Below, piece after piece: positions 20,171-30,759 of a stretch of DNA of 64,000 bases (the stretch's first letter is position 1; the number at the start of each line of letters is the position of its first letter). The notes under the pieces were generated by a model. That model saw only the letters and a program-made list of their open reading frames with translations, did no database searches and was not told the DNA's origin. Source of the DNA: Patescibacteria group bacterium (GTDB lineage Bacteria; Patescibacteriota; Microgenomatia; Levybacterales; UBA12049); NCBI GenBank assembly GCA_038064195.1, contig JBBTTO010000002.1, forward strand, positions 539,722 through 603,721. Direction: 5' to 3'. Made by a program: the position numbers and the translations under genes.

Positions 20171-20581
20171 ATGAGATTTTTTATTACATCAGAAAACCAT
20201 ACAACTATAGCAGATAAGGTGAGATCTGTTCGTAATTCGATTGGACAGAAAATTAGTAAAATGGCTGAAATGAAAGATTATGGACAAAGCGTTAGTTATT
20301 GGGGCCATATCTCAATTGTAAATCCTTCTAGTGTATATGATAAGGGTTTCTATCCTGAAGTTAAAAAATATTCTGGTAGTAAAAAAGAGGTCGAGCTTCG
20401 ATTGAAAATAGACTATGATGATGTCGTTAATGGTGACGAGAAAAAGTTATATACACTTTTTACGGATTCAATTCTTAGAGGAGTTCATATCGCAGAATCT
20501 GAATTAAAAATTGATGACTTTGATTTCAAAAGATTTAGAGCAGATTTAAATGAACTGTTTAGTAAGGAGGGATGGCTATGA
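20171..20581 (+). CDS. Putative cognate immunity protein of the RHS C-terminal toxin
   Basis: Small cytoplasmic ORF starting 3 nt after the toxin gene. It overlaps the next gene by 10 nt. Assigned by position only. Confidence 0.3.
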   Translation: MRFFITSENHTTIADKVRSVRNSIGQKISKMAEMKDYGQSVSYWGHISIVNPSSVYDKGFYPEVKKYSGSKKEVELRLKIDYDDVVNGDEKKLYTLFTDSILRGVHIAESELKIDDFDFKRFRADLNELFSKEGWL

Positions 20582-23500
20582 GAATATCTTTTGGGATCAT
20601 TAAAGTATTAGTTATAGTATTATTATTCGTAATTGCTAGTGTAACTACGACTTCAGCTGCGATGCAGGTGATTCCGCAAAATAATCCCCCGCAACAACCG
20701 AGGGATAAATTCCAGACAGATCTTTTTACCGGATCAGCTACCTATAGCTATCCTATTAACGTGCCAAAGGGCACCAATGATCTTACCCCCGAAGTTAGCT
20801 TTTCATACAACAATCAAGGCGCACACGACACAACAATGCAAAATGGTCTGGGGTGGCAGTTGGAGCGTGATTATATCCAAAGAGATGTTAATTACTCACC
20901 CTGGAATATTACAGATGACAAGTATAAACTGCATTTCAAAGGCCAGACCTATGATCTTGTCTATAACCCAACCGACAGTCTCTTCCATACAAAACAGGAG
21001 TCATTTCTTAAAATTCAACAATTCTTAACCGGCGGACAAGGGACAACCGGTATGTACTGGCAGGTGACTACTCCCGATGGAACGCTCTACCGTTTCGGTT
21101 ATACTACAAACTCAGCTCTTATTTGTGGCGGTCAGACATATGATGGATCCTGGAATGTGGATCAGGTAACTGATACGCATAACAATCATATCTATTTTAG
21201 CTATTTGCAGACTAATGGTGTTGCCTATCTCAGTCAGATCAAATACAACAACGATCAGCTTAGGGAAGTCAACTTTACCTACACTTCCAACTCTTACCAA
21301 AAGCCTGTCTCAGTCCAGGGATGTAGTATTAACGAGACATCAAAATTGTCTGCTATTTCAATCAAAGCAAGCGGAAGTGTCGTCAGAGGCTATGATCTTA
21401 CATATACAAATGCTTCAAATGGTCAGCCGTTGCTCTCCTCAATAACTGAAAAAGGTTCTGACAGCTCCTCTCCCCCCCCAACCACATTTACCTATAACCC
21501 TTCAAGCTCAGGGAATGGTTCAGGTATTGATTTCACAGGTGGAACAAATATAGATGCGGAGCTCAATCATTCAGATGTTGGTCTTTGTGATATGAACGGT
21601 GATGGGTACGTCGATCTTATAAAAACAACAGGAGGAGGGAATTTCAATTGGAATGTTAAACCAGGCAGTGGTACTGCTTTTGCAGCCACCTGGGTAACTA
21701 TGGCCTCAATTCCTGTTCAGTTAGGCGCTTCCAATATGAGACTTACTGATGTGACAGGGGACGGGAAATGTGATGTGGTTCAGACCGTCTATCGGGGAGG
21801 ACCAAATCCTAATTATGACTGGTTTGTCTGGACCAACACATCCGACAAACAGGCCGGGACACTTTCTTTTAGTGGTCAGACCAAATGGGAAGACAATATT
21901 AACTTTGATCAGGCAGCCGGCCTCACTGATACGAGCCTCACGCTTATCGATATGAATGGTGATGGGCTTTCTGATATTGTGCATGTCGGACAAAACAATG
22001 ACTGGGCAGTCTATCTTAACTTACCGGGACAAAATACCTGGAACAATGACAATACTAACTGGGCGCATGGGGTCTCATCTTTCAATAATCCGAGTACCAG
22101 ACTTGCTGATGTGAATGGTGATGGATTCCCTGATGTCATTATCTCAAGTAGTAACGGGGGGCCAAATGAAACCTATGAGGTTCTTCTTAATAGTGGTGGC
22201 TCACTCATGCCTTCTAAGAAATGGATTGATAATGCGAGTGTTGATGCCATTGATTTCAGTAATCACAACGTAGTTATTGCCGATGTCAATGGAGATGGAC
22301 TCCCTGATATTGTGCGGGGCAATGGCTTTAATTCAAGTAATACCAGTGCCCATTGGCAGGTATTACTTAATATGGGAGATCATTTTTCTACAACTATTAC
22401 TACCTGGTTTGATGCGACTATGAATGGGAGTAATGACTTTGACTTAGTTAAAGTTGTCGATCTCAATGGTGATGGTCTGACAGATGTTCTCAATCAGGCT
22501 TTTGGTTCATGGCAGGGTTATATTTCCCAGGGTTTTGCTCCTAATGCTCTTTATGAAATTACCACATCACAAGGGGGGTATATCGCCTTCGATTATACTC
22601 CGTCCACACGGTATTCTAATGGCAGTAATTTATCGTTCCCTCTTTGGCTGGTTAATAGGATGACTGTGCGGAATGGGCTTCCGGCACCGCACAGTACATC
22701 TGATGTTACAAACTATTTCTATGGAAATGGTAAATACAATGTCCAGCAGAGAGAGTTCCGAGGCTTTGGCAGCGTCAATGAAATATTAGCTAGTGGGACT
22801 AAGAGAGCATATAATTTTAATCAAGACGACGCACTGAAAGGAAGGCTTGCGTTGGAGGCTACCAGGGACACTAATGATAACCTCTACGCACGAACCGATT
22901 ATAGCTGGAGTAATTCACAAAGCAATAGTATTTATACTGTCTTGCTACAGTCTCAGCAAAAGTTTACCTATGATGGTGCGGGTGCAAATGCAAAGATCAT
23001 CCAGACTGATTATACGTATGATATCTTCGGGAATATTACCAAAACCTCAGAACTCGGTGATACGAGTTTAACAGGAGATGAGCGCTTCACTTACTCAGAG
23101 TATGCCTCAAATCCGACTCTTTGGCTGGTTAGCACTCCGAAACATACGTATAAAAGAGCAGCCGACGACACGACTAAACTCTCAGAGTCATGGTTTTACT
23201 ATGACGGTCATACAGGTCTTGATGACGCACCGACGAGAGGTGATGTCACGAAAGAAGTTAAATGGCTTAATACAGCCTCCGTAAATCCGACTATTCTTTC
23301 TGAGTATGATGCGTTTGGTAATCTTATTAAAGTAACTGATGCCAATAGTCACATTACGGGGTATCACTATGGTACGAGTGATACCACCTCAACATACCCT
23401 GACAATTCAACCAACGCCAAAAATCAAATAACTTCATACCTGTATGATCTCGGGACTGGCAACCTCCTTTCATCGTCTGATCCGAACGGATTTATCACTT

Positions 23501-26500
23501 CTTATCTGTATGATACTTTCGGCAGACTCAGCAAGGAGATCAAACCATATGATACCGCCAGCTTCCCAACGACTAGTTATCAATATTTTACTGATGGAGT
23601 AGCTCCTGAGGGTATCCTGGTTGCCAAACGTCAGACCAGCGGAGCTGCAGGAACACTTGATACCTATACCTGGGCTGATGGACTCGGAAGGGTTCTTCAG
23701 ACACGTGCACCTGCAGAGAATACTTCTCAGCAGATCGTAGTTGATTCATTCTATGGGCCAAGTAGTAAGGTAATTAAGCAAACAGTGCCTTATTTGACGA
23801 CGCTGAGTGCTGCGTATGCAACGCCTGTGAGTGGAGTAAGGGCGACAACAACGGTCTATGATCCGCTTGATCGGCCGACACTTGTAACCAATCCCAACGG
23901 GACGACTCGCACTACAGCGTATGATCACTGGAAAGTCAGTACAACTGATGAGAATAGTCATGTCGTGAATAAGATTTTCAACGCTTTTGACAAAATAATC
24001 AGAATTGAAGAGATTGTGGCCTCACTCCCACAAGTCACCACGTATGCTTACAATGGGTTAGACAATTTGATCGCGATTACCGATAGCGCGGGTAACAATT
24101 TTTCACTCTCCTATGACTCATTGGGTAGACGAGTTACTCAAGTCGATCCGGATTTGGGTACATGGCGCTATGAATATGATAGTGTCGGAAATCTGACGAA
24201 AAGAACAGATAATCGTAATATAGCGATTGTGAAAAACTATGATGAGTTAGATCGCTTGACTAAAGTAGATTATCCAACTGATACCGATATCACGTATACC
24301 TATGATGGTAATACGAGGATTGGGAGCCTGACATCTGTCATCGATACAGCCGGGACGATCAACTATACTTATGACAACCGTCTCCGCAAATTATCAGAGC
24401 AACGCACGATCGATGGTACGAGCTGGACGACACAATACGCCTACGATGCGCTTGATCGGATAATGAGCCAAACAAATCCGGATGGCGAGGTGGTAGGGTA
24501 TACCTTTAACTCCCAAGGCGAGATAGATAAAGTGACCGGAATTCTCAACAATATCGACTACAGTGCTTTGGGAAAGATTACTAAAAAAGATTTTGCCAAT
24601 GCTTTGTCTACAGTATATTCGTACAACTCCGATGACTTCCGGCTGCATAACATCAAAACAGGTTCGCTGCAGGATCTGACCTATACATACGATAATGTGG
24701 GGAATATAACAAGTATTGCTAATGCAGTAACGAGTAAGACTCAAAATTTCGGTTACGATGATCTGAACAGGTTGCTTACAGCTTCGCTCACCGGAGGCTA
24801 TAATTATGCTTACAGCTACAACGCAATCGGTAATTTACTGACATTCAATAATGGTTCAGCCACTATTAATTACACATATGGCCAGAATGTCGGGGTACAT
24901 GCCCTGACCACCTCTTCCGAAACTGCAGTAGCTACACCGACGCCGACTCCAACGTCCACCCAACCTACGCCCACTCCGACACCATTACCTGGGGGCGGGA
25001 CTGAACTCCTGGGTACGATCTGGACGCTCTCAGGCAATAATAGTGACGCACAGAATGATAAAGTAATTACTTCCAATTCTCTTAACGGGATGACATCGGC
25101 TCAGGTTACGTTCAATTTACATGGCAAGACATTCGGCACAGGAGACGATGAAGCATCAATTATCTTTATTCAAAATGGAGTATGGCTGGCAGCAAATGTC
25201 ACCAAATTCGGTGCTCAAAATGGTTTGGATGGTTTACAAACGGTAACGATCCCCTTGACAAGCTTCCATAAGGTTAATGATGCAAGTGTAACCCTCGATC
25301 CGAGTCAGCCAGTCTCAAATCTGCATGCCAGGTTCTGGAATAGTTTTTCATTCACAGTCGATATTACGAGCGTTAAAGTCACAGCAGTGACGAGTACTCT
25401 TCAGTCTCAGGGTAAACCAATCGTCGCATCGACACAAAAGACGGGATATGAGGCCACAAAAGCCAATGATGGCAATATTGGTTCGTACTGGGAAGGAGTG
25501 GATCATGCCTTTCCAGCTTCGCTTACGGTGGATTTGGGAGCAGTCTATTCAGTAGACAAAGTGGTTATGAAGCTTAACTGGGGCGCGAGAACGGAAAATG
25601 TTACGATTTTAGGGAGCACGGATAACACTACTTTCACCACTATCGTTGGAGCTACTAATTATTCTATAGGCAATGTTCCTGTTACCTTTACGTCGCGAAA
25701 TATACGTTATGTACGGATTATGGTTAATGCCAATAGTGTAACGCCTGCTGGACAAATGGCAGAGTTTGAAGTATGGGGACAAGGTTCAGGTGGACCGACT
25801 CCAACCCCTACAGTTCAGCCAACGCCTACACCAACTGCTACACCCACTCCAACACCAACGCCTGCAAGTGGTTATACTGGTCAGTACTATTCAAATAAAA
25901 CACTCTCTGGTTCACCTACGTTGACGAGAAATGATACTGCCATTAATTTTGACTGGGGATCTGGAAGACCCGATCCATTGCTGCCTGTTGATAACTTTTC
26001 CGTACGTTGGAACAGAACCATTAATTTCACAGCCGGTTCATATAAATTCTCGATGACCGGGGATGATGGAGTAAGACTTAAGATAGACGGAGTCACAGTA
26101 ATCGATAAATGGATTGACCAGGGACCAACTACCTATACAACCACCCAACAGTTAACAGCAGGTAACCATACGATAGTTATGGAGTATTACGAAAGTGGTG
26201 GTGGAGCTGTGGCTAAACTCTCCTATCTGGAAGTTCAGGCGCCGACCCCAACGCCTACGCCCTCTGGTAGTGGCACAGAGATACTCGGAACTATCTGGAC
26301 GCTTATCGGCAATAATGGTGCTGCTGAGAGAGACAAAACACTTGCGGCCAATACCTTAAATGGTAAAACATCCGCACAAATTACCTTTGATCTGCATGGT
26401 GCAACTTTCGGCGGGGGAGATGATGAGGCCTCAATTGTTTTCGTCCAAAGCGGCGATTGGCGGGCAGCCAACGTCACTAAGTTCGGGGCGCAAAACGGCT

Positions 26501-26664
26501 TGAATGGGAGTCAGACAGTGACGATCCCATTGACGAGCTTTCACAAAGTAGGCAATGCGGGTATTACTCTTAATCCTGCGCTGTCAGTTTCCAACCTCCA
26601 TGCCAGGTTCTGGAGGAGCTCTTCATTTACTGTTGATATAACCAGCGTCAAGCTCCTCCCCTAA
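20572..26664 (+). CDS. Giant secreted SpvB/TcB-like YD(RHS)-repeat protein. It has FG-GAP-type beta-propeller repeats and C-terminal PT-linkers, a discoidin-like domain, a PA14 domain and two copies of a ~130-aa lectin-like domain. It has no RHS core or toxin tip.
   Basis: Signal peptide. SpvB N-terminal motif DLFTGSATYSYPINVPKG...LGWQL. Repeated D(V/M/L)NGDG(L/Y)(P/T)D units. Many YD repeats (YTYDIFGNITKT, YDSLGRRVTQ..., and others). PA14-like segment (GYTGQYYSN...NFSVRW...). Discoidin-like segment (ANDGNIGSYWEG). Two ~65%-identical C-terminal modules. Confidence 0.8.
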   Translation: MAMRISFGIIKVLVIVLLFVIASVTTTSAAMQVIPQNNPPQQPRDKFQTDLFTGSATYSYPINVPKGTNDLTPEVSFSYNNQGAHDTTMQNGLGWQLERDYIQRDVNYSPWNITDDKYKLHFKGQTYDLVYNPTDSLFHTKQESFLKIQQFLTGGQGTTGMYWQVTTPDGTLYRFGYTTNSALICGGQTYDGSWNVDQVTDTHNNHIYFSYLQTNGVAYLSQIKYNNDQLREVNFTYTSNSYQKPVSVQGCSINETSKLSAISIKASGSVVRGYDLTYTNASNGQPLLSSITEKGSDSSSPPPTTFTYNPSSSGNGSGIDFTGGTNIDAELNHSDVGLCDMNGDGYVDLIKTTGGGNFNWNVKPGSGTAFAATWVTMASIPVQLGASNMRLTDVTGDGKCDVVQTVYRGGPNPNYDWFVWTNTSDKQAGTLSFSGQTKWEDNINFDQAAGLTDTSLTLIDMNGDGLSDIVHVGQNNDWAVYLNLPGQNTWNNDNTNWAHGVSSFNNPSTRLADVNGDGFPDVIISSSNGGPNETYEVLLNSGGSLMPSKKWIDNASVDAIDFSNHNVVIADVNGDGLPDIVRGNGFNSSNTSAHWQVLLNMGDHFSTTITTWFDATMNGSNDFDLVKVVDLNGDGLTDVLNQAFGSWQGYISQGFAPNALYEITTSQGGYIAFDYTPSTRYSNGSNLSFPLWLVNRMTVRNGLPAPHSTSDVTNYFYGNGKYNVQQREFRGFGSVNEILASGTKRAYNFNQDDALKGRLALEATRDTNDNLYARTDYSWSNSQSNSIYTVLLQSQQKFTYDGAGANAKIIQTDYTYDIFGNITKTSELGDTSLTGDERFTYSEYASNPTLWLVSTPKHTYKRAADDTTKLSESWFYYDGHTGLDDAPTRGDVTKEVKWLNTASVNPTILSEYDAFGNLIKVTDANSHITGYHYGTSDTTSTYPDNSTNAKNQITSYLYDLGTGNLLSSSDPNGFITSYLYDTFGRLSKEIKPYDTASFPTTSYQYFTDGVAPEGILVAKRQTSGAAGTLDTYTWADGLGRVLQTRAPAENTSQQIVVDSFYGPSSKVIKQTVPYLTTLSAAYATPVSGVRATTTVYDPLDRPTLVTNPNGTTRTTAYDHWKVSTTDENSHVVNKIFNAFDKIIRIEEIVASLPQVTTYAYNGLDNLIAITDSAGNNFSLSYDSLGRRVTQVDPDLGTWRYEYDSVGNLTKRTDNRNIAIVKNYDELDRLTKVDYPTDTDITYTYDGNTRIGSLTSVIDTAGTINYTYDNRLRKLSEQRTIDGTSWTTQYAYDALDRIMSQTNPDGEVVGYTFNSQGEIDKVTGILNNIDYSALGKITKKDFANALSTVYSYNSDDFRLHNIKTGSLQDLTYTYDNVGNITSIANAVTSKTQNFGYDDLNRLLTASLTGGYNYAYSYNAIGNLLTFNNGSATINYTYGQNVGVHALTTSSETAVATPTPTPTSTQPTPTPTPLPGGGTELLGTIWTLSGNNSDAQNDKVITSNSLNGMTSAQVTFNLHGKTFGTGDDEASIIFIQNGVWLAANVTKFGAQNGLDGLQTVTIPLTSFHKVNDASVTLDPSQPVSNLHARFWNSFSFTVDITSVKVTAVTSTLQSQGKPIVASTQKTGYEATKANDGNIGSYWEGVDHAFPASLTVDLGAVYSVDKVVMKLNWGARTENVTILGSTDNTTFTTIVGATNYSIGNVPVTFTSRNIRYVRIMVNANSVTPAGQMAEFEVWGQGSGGPTPTPTVQPTPTPTATPTPTPTPASGYTGQYYSNKTLSGSPTLTRNDTAINFDWGSGRPDPLLPVDNFSVRWNRTINFTAGSYKFSMTGDDGVRLKIDGVTVIDKWIDQGPTTYTTTQQLTAGNHTIVMEYYESGGGAVAKLSYLEVQAPTPTPTPSGSGTEILGTIWTLIGNNGAAERDKTLAANTLNGKTSAQITFDLHGATFGGGDDEASIVFVQSGDWRAANVTKFGAQNGLNGSQTVTIPLTSFHKVGNAGITLNPALSVSNLHARFWRSSSFTVDITSVKLLP
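24999..25392 (+). repeat. Internal coding repeat unit 1 (~130-aa module GTELLGTIWTLSGNN...FTVDITSVKV)
   Basis: Paralogous to 26266-26661 at both DNA (~75%) and protein level. Confidence 0.7.
26266..26661 (+). repeat. Internal coding repeat unit 2 (GTEILGTIWTLIGNN...FTVDITSVKL)
   Basis: Paralogous to 24999-25392. Confidence 0.7.
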
Positions 26665-26695
26665 CTGCAATTTATTTTTATTTAGAGTTCCTCCC

Positions 26696-26743
26696 TTGAC
26701 AGTATGGTCTTTCGGGTGTTTAATATCCCTGTAGGGGGGATAT
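26696..26743 (+). promoter_or_regulatory. cop operon promoter (TTGACA - 17 nt - TTTAAT) overlapped by a CsoR-type operator palindrome ATATCCCTGTAGGGGGGATAT (26723-26743)
   Basis: Perfect 7-bp inverted arms ATATCCC/GGGATAT of the GC-rich type described for CsoR operators, over the -10 and immediately upstream of csoR. Confidence 0.55.
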
Positions 26744-26762
26744 TCTTGAGAAAAGGACACAT

Positions 26763-27038
26763 ATGTCATACCGACCGAAAAATACTGACGAACGCATCTT
26801 GCACCGCTTGAAAATTGCCCGGGGGCACTTGGAGAAGGTTATTTCTATGGTTGAGAACGATACATATTGTATTGACGTCATGCATCAAATGCAGGCTGTT
26901 GAGAAAGGACTTAATCAAACAGGAAATCTTATTCTTGAAAATCACTTAAAGACATGTGTCGCGGATGCTATCAGTAAGGGGCGAAAGGACGAAGCGATAA
27001 CTGAGATAATGAGCGTCTTTAAGCAAAAAAACAGCTAG
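26763..27038 (+). CDS. csoR: CsoR/RcnR-family copper-sensing transcriptional repressor
   Basis: About 90 aa. HRLKIARGHL...YCIDVMHQ...AV...C pattern with the Cys-His-Cys metal ligands. Confidence 0.75.
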   Translation: MSYRPKNTDERILHRLKIARGHLEKVISMVENDTYCIDVMHQMQAVEKGLNQTGNLILENHLKTCVADAISKGRKDEAITEIMSVFKQKNS

Positions 27039-27052
27039 AAAGTAAGCTAACT

Positions 27053-27412
27053 ATGGAAATTGATAAGATAATTATTTTGCTGTCAGGATTAGGCGGAATT
27101 GCACTTACCTATTGGTTTTTTCTCATGAAAAAAGATGAAATCGTAAAGGCCAGAGGGGAAATAAAAATACTTGTGAAAGGCGGCTATAAGCCAAGCGTCA
27201 TTGAGGTTCCACGAGGGGAGAGGACGACACTCACATTCCTGCGAGAAGACCCCAGCACGTGCCTTGAAGAGGTTATCTTAGGGGATTTTAAGGTTAAAAA
27301 GTATTTACCCCTTAATGAGGAAGTAAAGATCGAAATAATTCCGCAAAAAAAGGGTGTCTTTCATTTCTCATGTGGAATGAACATGTTTCATGGAAAGGTA
27401 TTAGTAAAGTGA
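27053..27412 (+). CDS. Membrane-anchored cupredoxin-like (cupredoxin_1-type) copper-binding protein
   Basis: N-terminal TM. C-terminal [18 protein letters not shown] matches the G.Y.F.C...GH..M.G.L.V cupredoxin pattern. Confidence 0.5.
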   Translation: MEIDKIIILLSGLGGIALTYWFFLMKKDEIVKARGEIKILVKGGYKPSVIEVPRGERTTLTFLREDPSTCLEEVILGDFKVKKYLPLNEEVKIEIIPQKKGVFHFSCGMNMFHGKVLVK

Positions 27413-27413
27413 T

Positions 27414-29636
27414 ATGACACAGGTCACCAAAACATACCCGTTACTCGGCATGCATTGTGCTTCATGTGTACGGGTGACAGAACGTGCGTTAAAGAAAGTT
27501 CCTGGTGTGAAAGACGCTGTCGTGAATCTCTCATCAGAAAAAGCCACTGTTATCTATGATGAAGAAGAGTGCTCTCCTGAAAATCTCTCAGCGTCAGTTG
27601 CTAAGACTGGCTACACACTCTCAATTGACGAAAAAAGTGAGGAGCGAATAAAAGCCACCAAAGAAAAAGAACTCCGAGATCTTCGAATCAAGACTACTTT
27701 TAGCCTCGTAGGAGGGTTATTTATCTTCTGGGGAAGTTTTCCAGGGCTGATGGACTTTGCCCCTGAGTTTTTGAAGAGTTTTCTTATCCAGTTTTTGATC
27801 GCTCTTCCGATTCAGTTTTGGGCTGGTTCAACGTTCTATCGCGCAGCAGTCCCAGCGCTTAAGAACCGTCTGGCAAATATGGACACGCTTGTGGCGCTTG
27901 GGACGACAGTGGCTTTTGTCTACTCAGCTTTTGTGACCTTTTTCCCAACTCTTATTGAACAAATTGGACTGGAGGCTAGTCCATATTTTGACGTTGCAAC
28001 CATTGTCATCGGCCTTATTCTTTTAGGTCGGTACTTTGAGGCACGAGCAAAGAGCCGGACCTCAGAAGCCATTAAAAAATTGATTGGAATGCAAGCGAAA
28101 ACAGCTCGCGTTGTGCGCGATAATAAGGAAATTGATCTACCTATCGAACAGGTAATTATTGGGGATGTAATTAGGGTCAGGCCCGGAGAGAAGATCCCAG
28201 TTGATGGAGAGATTATCGAAGGCAATTCAGCTATCGATGAATCAATGGTGACGGGTGAGAGTATGCCTGTAGAAAAGACTCCGGGTGATGAGGTTATCGG
28301 TGCAACACTAAATAAATCTGGCTCATTCCTCTATAAAGCAACTAAAGTAGGTGATGAAACCATGCTCGCACAGATTATTAAGCTGGTCCAGGAAGCGCAA
28401 GGGAGCAAAGCCCCCATCCAGCGAATTGCCGATACGATTTCATCATATTTCGTTCCGATCGTTATTATGCTCGCGATCCTAACCTTTGTAATCTGGTATT
28501 TGTTTGGTACATCACCGGCATTTCTTTATGCAATGCTAAATACTGTTGCTGTACTGATTATCGCCTGTCCATGTGCGATGGGACTTGCTACACCCACAGC
28601 GATAATGGTTGGGACAGGGAAGGGAGCTGAACATGGGATTCTGATAAAAGATGCAGGGAGCCTTGAGATTGCCGGGAAAATAAAAACAGTGATTTTTGAT
28701 AAGACAGGAACGCTCACTAGAGGCGAGCCGGAGGTGACCGATGTAGAGTCACACAATGGATTTTCTGAAGAGCAGGTCCTTCAAATAGCAGCCTCTTTAG
28801 AGAAAGGCTCAGAACATCCATTAGCAAGTGCAATTTTAAAATACGCTGAAACGAAAAAAATTGAGGAGAAAAAAATTGATAATTTTAGCGCGATTGCAGG
28901 GCATGGCATCACGGGAAAAGTTGGCGAGAAGCAGCTGCTCCTTGGCAACAAGCGCCTTATGGAAAAAGAAAAGGTTGATATGAATGTATTTACCGATAGT
29001 ATTAAACGTTTAGAGGGTGAAGCGAAGACGGTTATATTAGTTGCTGTTGATACTAAGATCGCAGGTATCATTGCAGTTGCAGATACTATAAAAGACTCGG
29101 CAAAGGAGGGAGTAAAACTCCTACAAAAGATGGGTATTGAGGTTATCATGCTTACAGGTGACAACACGGCCACAGCACAAGCGATAGCAGAACAGTTAGG
29201 TATATCACGCGTGATCGCTGAAGTTCTACCGGGTGATAAAGAACGTCAGGTGCGAACGGTTCAACATGAGGGGAAAGTAGTTGCCATGGTGGGAGACGGT
29301 ATCAATGATGCACCGGCGCTGGCGGCTGCAGATGTTGGCATAGCCATGGGCAGTGGGACAGATATAGCAATTGAGGCTGCTGATATTACTCTCATTAACA
29401 AAGATCTTCAAACAGTAGGTCAGGCTATCAAGCTCTCCCGTAGTACGATGCGAACCATCAAACAAAATTTATTTTGGGCATTTGCTTACAATGTGATCCT
29501 TATTCCGGTAGCGATGGGAGCTTTATACCCATTGTTCGGGTTGCTTCTTAGTCCAATTTTTGCTTCAATAGCCATGGCTTCCAGCTCAATTTCAGTTGTT
29601 TCTAACTCATTATTGCTTAAAAGGACGAGGTTATAA
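27414..29636 (+). CDS. copA: Copper-translocating P1B-type ATPase
   Basis: N-terminal HMA domain [11 protein letters not shown] motif ([11 protein letters not shown]), DKTGTLT and GDGINDAP. Confidence 0.9.
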   Translation: MTQVTKTYPLLGMHCASCVRVTERALKKVPGVKDAVVNLSSEKATVIYDEEECSPENLSASVAKTGYTLSIDEKSEERIKATKEKELRDLRIKTTFSLVGGLFIFWGSFPGLMDFAPEFLKSFLIQFLIALPIQFWAGSTFYRAAVPALKNRLANMDTLVALGTTVAFVYSAFVTFFPTLIEQIGLEASPYFDVATIVIGLILLGRYFEARAKSRTSEAIKKLIGMQAKTARVVRDNKEIDLPIEQVIIGDVIRVRPGEKIPVDGEIIEGNSAIDESMVTGESMPVEKTPGDEVIGATLNKSGSFLYKATKVGDETMLAQIIKLVQEAQGSKAPIQRIADTISSYFVPIVIMLAILTFVIWYLFGTSPAFLYAMLNTVAVLIIACPCAMGLATPTAIMVGTGKGAEHGILIKDAGSLEIAGKIKTVIFDKTGTLTRGEPEVTDVESHNGFSEEQVLQIAASLEKGSEHPLASAILKYAETKKIEEKKIDNFSAIAGHGITGKVGEKQLLLGNKRLMEKEKVDMNVFTDSIKRLEGEAKTVILVAVDTKIAGIIAVADTIKDSAKEGVKLLQKMGIEVIMLTGDNTATAQAIAEQLGISRVIAEVLPGDKERQVRTVQHEGKVVAMVGDGINDAPALAAADVGIAMGSGTDIAIEAADITLINKDLQTVGQAIKLSRSTMRTIKQNLFWAFAYNVILIPVAMGALYPLFGLLLSPIFASIAMASSSISVVSNSLLLKRTRL

Positions 29637-29637
29637 T

Positions 29638-30759
29638 ATGCGGATAAAAATCTCAAAAAAGGTTCTCAAAATTTTTATGGGGCTTGGAGGAGTGATTCTC
29701 TTTTTCCTTGCGCTCAATATATTTATTAAAGCACCAAGCACGGGGAGTGGAACACAGGTAAATCTGATAAGTGTATTCTTAACGGGACTGCTCACCGGTG
29801 GACTCACCTGTCTGGCAGTTCAAGGTGGGTTATTAGCAGCCACTCTTGCTCAGCGTGAGGAGCAAAAATTAAAAGAAAAAACAGTGAGCTCCGGTAACGC
29901 CATCCCGATTCTTTCTTTTCTCCTGTCAAAACTTCTGGCTTATACCATACTCGGAATGTTGCTTGGCTGGCTTGGTTCGCTCTTTACTCTTTCACTTTCA
30001 GCCATGGGAATTATCACGATCGTGGTTGGGGTATTCATGATAGGTACTGCTCTCAATATGCTGAACGTCCACCCCATCTTTAGATACTTTGTTATCCAAC
30101 CTCCGCGTTTTTTGACACGATTTGTCCGTAAACAGTCAAAGAGTAGTGATCTCTTTGCTCCGGCTATTGTTGGTTCTTTGACTGTCTTTATTCCTTGTGG
30201 CACGACACAGGCCATGATGGCTTTGGCAATTGCGTCTGCTAATCCGTGGCTTGGGACGCTTATTATGTTTTCATTCGTGTTGGGGACATCACCTGTCTTT
30301 TTTACTCTCGGGTACTTTACAACAAAACTCACCGAGTCCTTACACGGAAAATTTCTTAAGTTCGCGGCCGTTATGATTATCCTGATTTCTCTTTACACGA
30401 TGAATAATGCCTTATTTCTGACAGGGAGTAGATTCGCAGCGCAAAATTTTCTCTCTTTAGCTAAGGAAGGCACTCCTTCTGATCAACAAGTCGTGACTGA
30501 AGCAACAATAACAATTAATGATAAAGGTTATTCACCTCAGGAAATCTCAATGAGAGCAGGTGAGAAAGTAAAGATCACCTTCGTTAATACAAATGGTCTT
30601 GGCTGTCAGCAAGCCTTCAGTATCCCGCAGCTTAATTTTCAAAAAATCATAAGAGTAGGAGAGACATCAACAGCTGAAGTAGTTATGCCGAAGGAGAGCG
30701 GGGATATTGCTTTTACTTGTAGTATGGGTATGTATACGGGGGTGATACACGTTATATGA
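29638..30759 (+). CDS. Polytopic membrane protein (TauE/CcdA-like permease fold) fused to a C-terminal cupredoxin-like domain. The ORF track start 29596 overlaps copA; the ATG at 29638 is preferred.
   Basis: Multiple TM segments with conserved Cys. The C-terminal ...GDIAFTCSMGMYTGVIHVI is paralogous to the 27053 cupredoxin domain. Confidence 0.45.
   Translation: MRIKISKKVLKIFMGLGGVILFFLALNIFIKAPSTGSGTQVNLISVFLTGLLTGGLTCLAVQGGLLAATLAQREEQKLKEKTVSSGNAIPILSFLLSKLLAYTILGMLLGWLGSLFTLSLSAMGIITIVVGVFMIGTALNMLNVHPIFRYFVIQPPRFLTRFVRKQSKSSDLFAPAIVGSLTVFIPCGTTQAMMALAIASANPWLGTLIMFSFVLGTSPVFFTLGYFTTKLTESLHGKFLKFAAVMIILISLYTMNNALFLTGSRFAAQNFLSLAKEGTPSDQQVVTEATITINDKGYSPQEISMRAGEKVKITFVNTNGLGCQQAFSIPQLNFQKIIRVGETSTAEVVMPKESGDIAFTCSMGMYTGVIHVI

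Noticed and set aside
24870-25076. Minus-strand ORF encoding GVGVGVG repeats, and PT-rich periodic DNA at 24940-24990, 25790-25865 and 26240-26270 that could be mistaken for a CRISPR or tandem-repeat array
   Set aside because: These are the reverse complement and coding sequence of Pro-Thr linker segments in the giant protein. The units are 6 nt and in-frame, with no spacers of CRISPR size. No CRISPR array or cas gene is present anywhere in the window.
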